64,000 nucleotides of DNA. Origin: Sphyrna mokarran (taxonomy: Eukaryota). The stretch covers positions 98,146,001-98,210,000 of the forward strand of contig JAGIQG010000002.1 of NCBI GenBank assembly GCA_024679065.1, read 5' to 3'. Made by a program: the position numbers and the translations under genes. Shown one piece after another: positions 26,516-38,708 of this stretch. The notes under the pieces were generated by a model. It was not told where the DNA came from, did not search any database, and saw only the letters and a program-made list of their open reading frames with translations. Each line of letters opens with the position of its first letter. The stretch's first letter is position 1.

Positions 26516-27794
26516 AGTAACTTACGTGAAATGCACTGAATGACACATAAGTAAATTAATGGCACATTTTTCAAAGAGTCTGTACACCTGAATACATTCA
26601 TAGAAATAGATCTGAATATTACATTGGTTAAAAGCTGAAGGCTGAAATTAATGATCTAATGACAAATTAATTTAATTAACGTCAAATTAAAGATTAGGCC
26701 CAATGTAAAGGTTAAAGCCATTTATCCAAGGAAGAGAACGAATCACAATTTAATGCATTTCATCAAGGTCATTTTGCTTTAATACCTTAGATCATTGTTA
26801 TTAATTTATGAAGCCAGTCGGATTTACTGACAGAACGGTGCAGATTTTGTTCTAATGATAACAACTCTATTACAAGATAAATCTGACAGCAACTTCTGGG
26901 CTCCATGCATGTGCCTGAGAAATCTGAGAAAACTGAGAAATCCAGAAGTTGCTGTCACAGATATCATGCTGTTGCCCAGGATTTGTTGCTGCAGTCTTTG
27001 CCAATTGATTCTGCACTGAAATGACTGCACTGGCTAAATGGTCTCCGTCTGTGCTGTAATCGTTCTATAATTCAATGGGTTGGATTGCAGGCAATGCCAA
27101 AGGCAGGTGTGCTAAATCTAGGGTATTGCAGCAAGGGATCAGGTTTGAGATGGCAGAAAGAGAGGATTCCACTGAGTGTAGAGTCTCATCGTTATGAGAC
27201 AAAAATTGAGGTTGGAGAATATAAAAAATATGAAACATTTTTGTGTGTTTTCTATCTGCGGCTAAGACTTTCATTCCTGGGTCATGTTTGCAAAGTTGGG
27301 TGATTTCCCGTTCAGTAAATCTGATCTTTAAAAATGGTCAGGTGAAATTTTCAGTTGGGTAAATGGATTTCCAGAAACAGAAGACAGGCAGTCAACCCTA
27401 GAATTAATTTGCAGGCTGCCAGGTACAGAGATGTGCTGGATGCATGGCCTGCATTTGTGCCCCGACACTGTGTTCAAATAAGTTAAATATTTTAAACAAC
27501 AAACAAATCCCTACAGCTCTTACCCCTCAACATCTCACCACCTACACACTCTCCCTACACCCCATCAATGGCAAACTATGCCAATCCATGTTACCCACCT
27601 AGCCCCACTGACCCCATACCTCTACACCAGTGCAGTTATGCTTTATATGCCATCATAGTCCCTCACACCTCGATGCCAATTTAGTTCCCTGCTACCCAGC
27701 CCCATTGTCCCGTACATCCTATGCAAATTTAGTGCCAACTCATGACCCCCACAATCCTTTGCCCTTACCCCCTCTGTGCCAACTCACCTAGTAT

Positions 27795-28070
27795 TCTTGG
27801 ACAATTCCTTGACAGCTTTGACACTTCCTGGATAGATTTGACAGCTGGGCAACTTAATATTTCACTGACAGCTGAACAGTTCCTGGATATTTCCTTGTTA
27901 CATTGACACTTCATTGACAACTTGGCAGCTTCTGGACAGCGTGACAGTTTTTGGACATTTCTATGACAATAGGAACATTTCTTGAAAACTGGTAAGTCCC
28001 TGGACAATTGGAACAACTCGTTTACAGCTTGACAGTTTAAATGAATTGTCATGTTCATTTTTGACATTGA
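27795..28070 (+). repeat. Degenerate ~9-11 bp tandem array rich in TGACA(G)
   Basis: 10 forward TGACA, five of them TGACAG, plus GGACA variants. Confidence 0.75.
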
Positions 28071-29145
28071 AAGGATGTGTGTGAACTCTCCCATGGGCTG
28101 CCATAACTTTCCCAAAGCGTGTCTCATCATGTGGGTTATTTCTCCAAAAGGTGTCATGGAACCATATCCAAAGGGGTAACTTAAATCTCCAAAGAGTTAC
28201 TCTAGCAATCAAAAGAATCCACCATGTTCCAACCTCCTCTTTACTGTTTCAATCTACACACTCTGGACTCCAAGTGCCCATTCTTCCAATATTCCACTTC
28301 AGTGGAGACAGCTGGTGATCTAAATGACAAGCTGCCTCTGTGAATCGTGCATACCCGGCCCAATTCCAGTCTGCAAAGATGGGAAACTTTGGGTTTTTGG
28401 CCATTTCCAAGAACCGAAGAAGCTTTTGTTCATGGAAAAAATCCAGGCCTCTTAATCCCATGTATTTTTGTTCCCCAATCCTTATTTCAATTTTTATACA
28501 TGTTTTCATTCGAATTTGTATTTACTGCTTCTGTTATTTTGTGCTCTGCTCACAGTGCCACAGCTCATTTACTCAAGGTTCAGCACTGAAACATATAAGA
28601 AATTTGCAGAGAACTTACACTGACAACAAATGCCACATGTGCAGCAAACAGTTCTTTTGCTACAAGCCATTGGGCTCTGTAGCTCGTCAAAGAATTAAGC
28701 TTCAACTGCTCATGAACTCACTCACGATATTGCTGTACAAATTACAAGCAGAGAGTGTAGCTGCAGATAACTCCCTGCAACCAGGGACACATGAGGCAGA
28801 TGAAGCACATGTTTATGTCAGTTTCCACAGACAGTTTTTCTGAAACAGATCACTGGCTTAATGCTATTGGGTATTTGCTAAGGATTTACAGGCTGATAAT
28901 CAACCTGTTTGGTCATGTTTTGGACACAACTTCCTTGGCCATCAAGTCCTGAAGCAGAGTTCAAACCCGGAGACATTGGTTTATGTGGGGGGAGGCTACC
29001 CCCAGTGTCATAAGACCTCCTGCACCGTGAAATTAATCACTGAGCAGAAATAAATTCCACAAACAAGCCTTAAAACACAATGATGAGAAATTACAACTGA
29101 GTATACAGAGGAATTTAGGAAAACTCATACTTGATGTTTGGAGAA

Positions 29146-30025
29146 ACATAAGAACATAGGAACAAGACAAAACCATTTAACCCCTTGTTGTCTATTCCAT
29201 CTGCCATTCAATGAGTTAATAGATAATATGTGGTCTAATTCCATATTCTTCCCTTTGCCCCTTTCCCTTATTATTAGTTAACAAAAATTTATACTAATCT
29301 CTTTTCTAAAGTAATGGATTAATTAAACTTTAATTGTTATGTGCAGAAGTGTTCCAAACTTTTACCACTCATTGTATAAAAATTGAATGGACTAGCTATA
29401 ACTTCATAACTATGTCCCCGAGTCCTGCATACCCAACCAGCAGGACTAGTCTTTTTCTATATATTCTGTTTGCTTAATATCTTGGCAACTTCAATCAAAT
29501 CACCACTTAACCCTCTAAACTCCAAGGAGTATAACCTCAGTTCCTGTAATCTAATCTCGTGGTACAATCTAATGAGTCCAGATATCGGGGGTGGTTCTCC
29601 CAGTCTGCTGCGCTGCTTTTGCAGCACAGTGGACCAGGGAATTGAAGCGGACTGCATGTAGTGGGCTTCCTGCTGGTCGCCACAGCCTCCGTGAGTCTCC
29701 AGCCACTGAATTTCTGGTGCTGTCAGCTCCGTGCCAAAAATCAGCGAGAAGCTATATAATGTATTCAAATGCTCATTCAAATCTCATTAGCAGGCCTGAG
29801 AAGTCTCCCTCTCTAAAGAGGGAGGAATGCCAGCGGTTAGGGCTGGCCATCATATAGCTCCAGCATGACTTTTACTTTCTTATATTCCAATCCTTCAGAT
29901 ATAAAGGCCACAATTTTGTTATGCTTTTTAACTATTTTCTGTATCTGTTCATGTAATTTTAATAATTTGTACACTATGGCCCGAAGTTTGTCTAGACTGT
30001 ATTTGTTTCTAAGTTTTATCCTACA
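29146..30025 (-). mobile_element. Decayed CR1 3' fragment, interrupted; continues ~30520-30645
   Basis: aacataagaacatagg tail; RLQELRLYSLEFRGLSGDLIE in ORF 29457..29780. Confidence 0.75.
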
Positions 30026-30159
30026 GGTGCTTTGGTCCACCTTGTTGTCTAACGAGGGACACACACGCGATGGGTCGTGAGAGGGCTGCTCTTGGATTTT
30101 TTTCTTGAGAGTATCCTGGTGCTTCACGTTGTTAGTGTACGCTTGACCTGGACCATTTG

Positions 30160-30497
30160 ATGGACAACATGACAGCTCAGTGACTATCGCTGTGCTGTGC
30201 AGATACATGGATTTGGTCCTGTGTCTGTGGGAGTTTGCGCATTCTCCCCATGCTTGCGTGGGTTTTCTCCGGGTGCTCTGGTTTCCTCCCACATCCCAAA
30301 GGTGTGCTCTTAGGCTAATTGGCAAAACAAATTCTCCCTAAATTGTCTCAAATTTGATTTTTAATCCATTGATCTATAAACATGGACAGAGATTGTGGGT
30401 AGACGTGGGAACATCAGGGTGGCGGCGCGGGCTCGTTGGGCCGAAGGGCCTGTTTCCCGTGCTATTTTATTCTTTGTTCTTTGTTTGTTCTTTGTTT
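30160..30497 (+). mobile_element. V-SINE with CR1-derived tail
   Basis: V core GGAGTTTGC.CATTCTCCCC...CCGGGTGCTCTGGTTTCCTCCCACA; GGGCCGAAGGGCCTGTT tail and TTCTTTG repeats. Confidence 0.85.
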
Positions 30498-30669
30498 TCG
30501 TTAGTGCATTGGTGGATTCTTATGGATTGTACTCTTTTTCAATCCAAATTGGACAGCCTCACATTTGCCTTCATTGAAATACATTTGTTACAATTCTGCC
30601 CATTTCTCTGCCCATTTACTTAATCTATTAATATCTCTTTGCAATCAGATTACTGGAGTGAGATAGAAA

Positions 30670-30975
30670 TGAGCATTTATTGCTCATCCCTAACTACTCT
30701 TGAACCATATGGTTTGCTAGGTCATTTCACTATACAGGACTCAACTACATTGCTGTGGATCAGGAGACAAGTAGGTCAGACCAGATAAGGATGACAGATT
30801 TCCTTCCCTAAAGTGATATTAGTGAATCAGATGGGTTTTCACAATAATCAATAAATGATATCATTAGAATTTAATTCTAGGTTTTTTTTATTAAATCCAA
30901 ATTTCGCTATGTGCTGTGATAAGATCCTAATCCAGGTCACCAGGGCATCATGTGGGATCACTGGATTGCTAGACA
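30670..30975 (-). mobile_element. tRNA-derived SINE (Meta-SINE-like), same family as 34945-35306
   Basis: Reverse complement of the TTCACTAAT...TTTAGG.AAG.AAATCTG core. Confidence 0.7.
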
Positions 30976-31269
30976 ATTAGTTGATTGGCTGGTGAGAATT
31001 GTAGCTCTGTTTTCATTTCAAAAAAGGAAGGGAATTAGTCTAAAAAGCTTTAAAAATGCATTTGTTGATAATACGAATTAAGTAAAGCATTTGATTAACT
31101 ACACCATATTTAATTGGCAGCAGCAGTAGAGAAATGAATAGCTTTTTGTTTAAGTATTGATTTTATTATCTAATAGATAGGGGAACAGTGGGAAAGCTCT
31201 GGTCCTGGTGTTCACGCTCTGTGTCCAGGATAACCACACATGTGGAAAATGTCACCAGCTGCAACAGCT

Positions 31270-31650
31270 CAAGCTCCTTGGAGCAGAGAAAGTTGAGAGG
31301 AAATTTGATAATGGTATTTAAAATTATGAAGGGTCTGCACAAAGTAAATAGGGAGAAATTGTTCTCTTTGCTGGAAAAATCAACAACCAGAGGACTTAAC
31401 ATAATCGATAACTAAAGCAATGATAACATGAGGAAAACCTTTGTCATGCAGCAAGTAGTTATGATCTGGAGTGCCCTGTCTGACAGTGTGGTGGAGACAG
31501 GATCAGTTGAGAAAATGGAAAGATTTTCAGGACTATGGGGAAAGGACAAAGGAGTGCCCATTCACCATAGTGAATTGCTCCATCAAAGGTTCAGCACAGG
31601 TAGAATGAGCTGAATGGCCTCCTTCTACATTATCATCATCAATGATTCGA
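31270..31650 (+). mobile_element. CR1 3' end fragment
   Basis: SLEQRKLRGNLIMVFKIMKG; gctgaatggcctcct tail. Confidence 0.8.
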
Positions 31651-31994
31651 TAATTGACACTGTTTTTATTTTTATGCCATTGGAAAATTTGGATACGAGA
31701 CTTTCTACTTCATCAATTAAATCATGAACAAATGTGGTGAGTTTTTGAGGCCCTGACACAGGTCATAGTGGAGAGGTCACATCCTACCCATTATCCCTCC
31801 TTTCTCCTAACTAGGTCAACAACTGGACTTAAATTTCAATCACTTCAACTTTAGCAAAAATTCAGACTCTTAGGAGGTCCTTCATCTTCTGGTAGTTTAC
31901 GCGGCAAAAAAATTCTAAATCTAGGATGGGTGTGAAAACAGGAAAATTTCAGATCCATTTTTTGGGTGAGTTCAAATCTGCGATCACAGAATCA

Positions 31995-32175
31995 CAAAAT
32001 AGAATCATAGAATCCCTAAAGTGAAGAACGAGACCATTTGGTCCATCAAGTCTTCATCAACCACAATCCCACCCAGGCCCTATTCCCCGTAACCTCATCA
32101 TGACTCTGCTAATCGCCCCGACACTAGGATCAATTTAGCATAGCCAATCAACCTAGCCTGCACATCTTTGGACTC
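31995..32175 (-). mobile_element. SINE 3' half with CR1-type tail
   Basis: atagaatcatagaatccc tail through cacatctttggact. Confidence 0.75.
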
Positions 32176-32310
32176 AGTGCATGAAAAGATAGCAGAAACT
32201 GTTTCTTACCTGTAGAGAAGGAAGGTGGGACTTAAGTCACCCGAATGCTGACAGACAGCAGGATCAATTGAGTTCAGTGCCTGATCTGCTTCGCACAGAC
32301 TGGCAATGTG

Positions 32311-32577
32311 GATGGCATGGTAGCACAGTGATTAGCACTGCTGCCTCACAGCACCAACGACCAGGTTCGATTCTTGGCTTGGGTCACCGTCTATGTGGAG
32401 TTTACTCATTCTTCCCATGTCTATATGGGTTTCCTATGGGGACTCCGGTTTCCTCATACAATCTGAAAGACGCGCTGATTGTATGAGCATGCTGGAATGT
32501 GGCAACTAGGGGAATTTCACAGTAACTTCATTGCATTATTAATGTAAAACTTACTTGTGGCTAATAAGTAAACTTTA
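32311..32577 (+). mobile_element. tRNA-derived V-SINE inserted in Gypsy pol
   Basis: A box TGGTAGCACAGTG, B box GGTTCGATTC, V core; TSD AATGTG at 32305-32310 and 32578-32583. Confidence 0.88.
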
Positions 32578-33499
32578 AATGTGTCTGAAAAATTTAAAGC
32601 CATTACAATTGATCCTCACAAGGATAGGTGGCTAAGGGCTCCTGCATTCACAGTGTTTCCCTCAATTTGGTACTTGAAAGTATACTTGTAGGCATACACA
32701 ATAAATGCCCATCGCTGAATTCTCTCCATGGCTATTGAAGGTATGGCCTTATCCTCTTTGAAAAGATCCAAAAGTCATTTGTAGTCAGAAACAATGGTTA
32801 ATGTTTACCATGTAAATACTGGTGGAATCTCTTGACACCAAAAACTATTGATAGTCCTTTCTTAAAATGTGAGTAGCCTTTTTCAAGCTCTTAGCAGGTT
32901 CTGGTTACTTATCATGTCAACCTTTCAGAGTTATCAACTATCTCATGAGAGAACGCTGCACCAACATCATACATAGAGGTGTTGCAGGTCAATATCAGTC
33001 CTTTAGATAAAACTGAAGTGCACTAACAGGCTTGAAAAATACAGCAATTGCTTCAATCTATGAAAGTTTCCTTCTAGGGAGCCTTCCAAAATTAATGATG
33101 GTGTTTCTTTAGCAGAATATTGCAAGTGAGCCAGTAAAATCGATAAGTTAAAACTGACATTGTAACTTACCATTCTCAAAACAACTTATGTTCAGTTGTG
33201 TTTGCCATGACCTTGTTTCCTATCTTTATGCATCTACATGATGCCCGAATGGTTCACCTCAGTGGCTTGAAAGGTGCGCTTTTCTTTCTTGAGATGGATT
33301 TTAGCCTTCTGAAATCTCTTTAACATCCTTTCCAGATTTGCTAAATGCTGGACCTCTGACGATCCGCTTATAAGGACATTATCAAAGTATGCCCCTGTAG
33401 CAGATGCTCAATCATCCTTTGAAATACTGAACATGCTGAAAACATGTCAAAAGATAGGCATATCAACTGGAACAGACCTTTGTGTGTTTACTGTATTTC

Positions 33500-34207
33500 T
33501 GTTTATTCAGAAACTCAAAGAGACTTGGAAGTTATTGTTCAAGATTCTCTTAAGGTTAACGTGCAGGTTCAGTCAGCAGTTAGGAAGGCAAATGGAATGT
33601 TAGCATTCATGTCGAGAGCTAGAATATAAGAGCAGGCATCTATTTCTGAGCCATATAAGGTTCTAGTCATACACCATTTGGAATACTGTGAGCAATTTTG
33701 GGCTCCATATTTAAGGAAGGATGTGCTGGCCTTGGAAAGGATCCAGGGGAGGTTCACAAGAATGACCCTTGGAATGAACAGCTTGTTGTATGAGGAATGG
33801 TTGAGGACTCTGAGTCTGTACTCGTTGGAGTTTAGAAGAATGAGAGGAGGCTTTATTGAAACTTACTGGATAGAGTGGATGTGGGGAGAATGTTTCTATT
33901 AATAGGAAACCTAGAACTAGAGGGTACAACCTCAGGCTAAAGGAACAATCCTTTAAAACAGTAATGAGGAGGAATTTCTTCAGCCAGAAAGTGTGAATCC
34001 ATGGAACTCTTTGGCACAGAAGGCTGTTGAGGTCAGGACTTTGAAAGTCTTTTAGAGAGATAGATAGATTCTTGATTAATAAAGGGATCATGGGTTATAG
34101 GAAAAAAGGAGGAGAATGGGGATGAGGAAAATATCAGTCACAATTGAATGGCAGAGCAGACTCGATGGGCCAAGTGCCCAATTCTGCCCCTATGTCTTAC
34201 TGTCTTA
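33500..34207 (+). mobile_element. 5'-truncated CR1 inserted in Gypsy RT
   Basis: EYCEQFWAPYLRKDVLALERIQGRFTRM; TATGTCTTA tail; Gypsy RT peptide resumes on both sides. Confidence 0.9.
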
Positions 34208-34944
34208 TTGTGACTTACCAATGGGAAGGATCATCTAATTTGAGTTGCTGGGATGCATGACTGATATCCAGCTTTGTGTAAGACTGACCTCCTGCCAGCT
34301 TTGCATACAGGTCTTTAATTCTTAGGAATGGATGTTTATCCATCTTTGCAGTATGATTAACTGTTAACTTATAATGCTGCAAATACAAGTGGTCTTATTC
34401 AGTTTCAGTATGGCAACAATGGGTGCTGCTCATTGTGAAAACTGAATTGGCTGAATGATGCCTAGTCTTTCCAACCTGTTTAACACAGCAGCTATTTTTT
34501 CTCCTGAGGCATAGGTCTGAGGTCTCAAACGATACCAGTCTCAGCCCTACAGAATCAGGAGATGCATCTATATCAACGTAAATCTTAGCTTGCAAGACTT
34601 TGATTTTGCCTAATTCATCTCAGAATGCATTTTGTATTTTCTTAACAATTTTGACTGTCCTTCTGCCCGTACTTGAAAGATCCTGGACCAATTCCACTTG
34701 CTTTCTTTCTTTCATCAAATAAAGATCTGGAAGACTTGGTGACTATTATTAATAGCAGCTGGGTAGACTGTCATTCATAGCTTGCTGATATAATTGTGGT
34801 ACCTTTTATTTTTATTGTTTTTCCTGTGTACATCTTCAACTTGACAGAAGTGCTCTCCAAGTTCAATGTTTGGACACTCCTTCTCAGGAACTGAAACATA
34901 GTTCATCCATCATAATGGCTGATGCCCCTGAATCCACTTTAATA

Positions 34945-35306
34945 GGGGAGGCAATGGCATTGTTGCATTGGCACTGGGCTAGTAATTCAGAGTCTCAGGG
35001 CAATGCACTAGGGACCCAGGTTCAAATCCCGTCAGAGCAGATGGTGAAATTTGAATTTAATAAAAGAATATAATTTAAATTCTAATAATGACCATGAAAC
35101 CATTGTTGATTGCCGTAATCTAGTTCACTAATGTCCTTTAGGAAAGAAAATCTGCCGTTTTACCTGGTCTGACACATGTGACTCCAGATCCACAGCAATG
35201 TGTTTGACTGTCAAATGTCCTCTGAAATAGGGGGCAGTTAGGGATGGACAATAAATGATGGCCCAATCAGTGAGGCTCAAATTCAGTAAATGAATTTTTA
35301 AAAAAG
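34945..35306 (+). mobile_element. tRNA-derived SINE (Meta-SINE-like) inserted at Gypsy protease
   Basis: B box GGTTCAAATCC; core TTCACTAATGTCCTTTAGG...CATGTGACTCCAGATCCACAGCAATGTG; A-rich end. Confidence 0.8.
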
Positions 35307-36498
35307 TTTAGAGGCTTCCCATTTAGTCAGAGCAATACAGTTATAGGGTTTAGCTTGCTTGCTTTAGAATTAAAAGAGAGTAAATATCAGAAACAATGGT
35401 GTCAGGTTCTTTTGCATTGTGTACTTGTAACATCTTGGCTGATCAGTTAGTCGGCAGCCTTGACATTAGCTCTACAGTATTTTATGAAATGTCGACCGGA
35501 ATCTTCCAGCCGTTCACGCTGGTAGGATTCTCTGGTTCCTCTGCAGTGAACAGCAATTTGGCTGAGCGCCAAATTCTCCATCCTCGCTTGCAGTGGTGGT
35601 AGGGTGTGAAAGGCCGCAACATTCTGGTCACCTTCTTTAGTGATAATAATGATACTCAATCCCCTTAAAGTTATGTAATTTAGGAGCATGGTTACCTGCA
35701 CTTTGGTAACATTCCACTTTAAGAACCATTGTCTGATTGCCTCTGCCATATGTTTTTGCTCTGTTGGTACCTGGAAGCGTTTACCTCTTCACAGCTGCTT
35801 CAGTGGTTTTGGTGCCTTGACTGGTTCCTACTCTAATTGGTTCATTGTGCCACTTTGAACTCTTTGCAGCTCTTGTAAATCTTTTTCAGCGCTTTCCATG
35901 ATCAGCACTGTCTCCATTGCTCGTTTAAAATTTATGTTGACTTCTGTGAGCAAACTGCACTGAACAGTATTGTTCATGTCACAGAATGAACTATCCCATA
36001 GCATGTTTTTAGGATCACTCCAAAATCTCAATGCTCTGAAATTGCTTCAGTTTAGCAATGTAAGTCACAAGCAATTCACCTAGGGTTTCAATTCACCTGG
36101 GGGGGTTCCTGCCCTCAAATTAAATTTGAATCTCTGGAGTTTGATTGATGGCTTGGGTTGAAAATGACCCTTCAGTAAATCCACCTGCTCACTGAATGAT
36201 TTGGAGTCAGGCCTGCTTGGTGCTGTAAGACTGCAAATAAGAGTGTAGGCCTGGCTCCCACAGTCGCTCAGGAGAATTGCATTGCACTTTGTCCCCTCCC
36301 CTATTTTGTTTGCTTAGAAATAAAACCTGTGGTACTCAATGTATTGTAGCTAGTCCTCTATGGAATGGTTGAATGGATTGACTCACCCAAAGTGAAGAGT
36401 TCTGGTGAGTGTAAGTTTTTTTTTAGACTAGAGTTAGAGTATAATACTCAGGTGCAGGGCCAGAGGAAGTGCCAAGATTGTTTATTCTTATTGCCAGA

Positions 36499-36715
36499 TG
36501 TAAGAATATACTCCCAGAGCCTCCTTTAGTAGAACAAAAGAACTTTATTCACAAGGCTGTATTATAAGTTCCATACTTGCAGCTCACCTACAATACACTC
36601 CACCACGAGGAAACACGCCTTCCCCGGAGATGTTCCCCATCCTGAGTCCTGATTGTTTTTTTAGACCACATGACCATTAGTTGGTAAGATTGCTCTTAAA
36701 AGGACAATCACCACA
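36499..36715 (-). repeat. 5' LTR of the Gypsy element (217 bp)
   Basis: Reverse strand TGTGGTG...CTTACA (TG..CA), internal AATAAA, followed by PBS-like TGGCAATAAG. Confidence 0.7.
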
Positions 36716-38708
36716 CCAAAAACTCCAAGTTTGAGTTCTAAACGTAAGAATGTCACCCAAAAAATTGAAATTAACTTGGCGCCATGTCAGTTTTGTTATT
36801 CACTAATTCCCAATTATATGAACCATGGAAGAATGGGTATCACTACGAAGATGCTACATTAACAAGTTATTAAAAATCCTGCACTGAAGACTATTTCAAA
36901 CCATAGTAAGACCCTAATTTTCACTCCCAAATATTATGCTAACGTGGGGACATCTGCTGACTGGATGCAATAAGGCCCAGTGTTGAAGACATCCTTTAAA
37001 GTAATGATACACTCCATTTCCGATGCAGTATAATCAAGGATAACTCTGCCTGTGTAATTAACATAATTTACAGTGACTAGTCTATAATTCTGCAGTTGCA
37101 ATATTACCTTGAACAGCTTGCTTTGTGGTAATTGTTACATTTTCTCCAGAGACCCACGAATGAAACACATTGTCCATCGACACACAGATTAATTAGAGGC
37201 AGTAACCTTGTAGAGTGTTACACAGCACTCCTTAAACATCCTGCCAATCTGCAGTGTCAAATGAAAGGAAGAGGATTTAAAAAGGAGACGCTGCCCAGTG
37301 ATTGAAGGCAAGCAAATTAGTCAAGATTTCCTCTTGCTTTACCGTGATGGTTTGCATCTAACGAGCAGGCACTCCGATTAACTTGAAATGCCGCTAACAA
37401 GTAATTTTAACAAGTGTCAGTTACATTCAATCTGTCAGTGTTGCTGACAGGCAAAATTTAATTAGGGATGAAACATATCGCTCTGTGCACATACCCATGT
37501 GGGCCATCTTCTGCATTCTTTAGTTTAAAATTATACCACAGCCAGTAAGATTGTTTTCAGCCCATCCCTTGCTTCTCAAATAACTTTGTTTTCTCTCTAC
37601 TTTTTAACACAGCAGTTCCATTCCATTGTGTTAAATTACTGAAGTTATGAGCATGATTTTAATAGATATACAAATTATATTTTTTATGCTGGGATTTGAG
37701 GTTGGATTTTACACAATACAGCGGGTGCTATTGCTTACAATCCCAGTTTATCCACTGCATTTTCTGTGCCATTGGGACCGGAAAGCTACCAGCCAATCAG
37801 AAGAGTTGTTGACAGTTTGATGTAGGGCTTACTTCCAACTGAGGGGTAGAGTGCCACCTTAAGCCATTGGAGCATGAAATGGCTGCAAAGTAAGCAGCAT
37901 TAGTTGGGATGTGTCAGCCAACAAATCTTTGGATGGCAGGAAGGAAGCTACACCATTCAAAAATCCTGGCCCATGTCTTTTTGATCTAACTTATTAACTT
38001 TGTGGAACATTTGATAAGAAACAGAGAGGAATTGGGAGAGTAGTGGGCCTTTGAACTTGTAGCTGTGACAGACTTTCTGTCCACAGCTTAACCTCTCTGC
38101 TGCCTAACATCCTGGCCTAGGCTACAGACTGCACATGGAGTCCAACCACCCCCAATCTTGCGCCACACATTGTCCACTATCCTGTCAGGTGGCCATTCCA
38201 ATAGCTATCTGACACTTGATTTGAAATGATAGAGGCAGGCAGGAGGGAACTTCTGCTCTTATAACTAATTTAAGTCAGAATTTCTCTCTCATGGCAAAAC
38301 ACAACAGTTTGACTGTGTAAAAACAATGGCTTAAAAATGCTACAAATTCCAAATATTTGAATTGCTCCAAAAATTGGAACATACATTGTTCCCTTGGAGC
38401 AGCACGGAGAGGCAGCGATTTGGGAGAGCGTAAAGTTTGAGTGTTAAGTAATTTTTAACTTTTTCTCTTTGGTTAAAGTAGCAAGCGGTGGTAGCTTTTT
38501 GCGGTTTTTATTTAAACTAACAAAACCAGAAGTCGTCATTAGGGGGCTTGCCGGTAGTTGTAGTTTTTCTCTCTGACTCTATAAATTGGTCCAGAGAGGA
38601 AACCCGATACTCTACACAGGTAGAGTATCCCACCCTCCCCCTCCTCTAACCTAATAATAAAAGTGTGTGGGAAGTTTTTTTTCTCTCCTGGAAATTAAAG
38701 TATCAGGG

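Larger units (their letters stand above)
32260..36715 (-). mobile_element. Decayed Gypsy/Ty3 LTR retrotransposon (5' LTR, PBS, gag, protease, RT, RNase H; integrase and 3' LTR not found)
   Basis: Reverse strand: gag AILLSDCGSQAYTLICSLTAP; protease VDSGAS (~34925); RT YKLTVN...RIKDLYAKLAGGQSYTKLD, NTHKGLFQ, YFDNVLI; RNase H FGVKRFHQYLHG, RIQRWA. Confidence 0.88.

Noticed and set aside
28340-28843. 167-aa ORF and the other short ORFs in the track
   Set aside because: No recognisable domains or splice support; the rest are repeat-derived or antisense shadows.
38569-38632. Hammerhead ribozyme in the CR1 5' UTR (CTGA...GAAA next to hairpins)
   Set aside because: Reads CTGACTC rather than CUGANGA, and the stems do not fit hammerhead topology.
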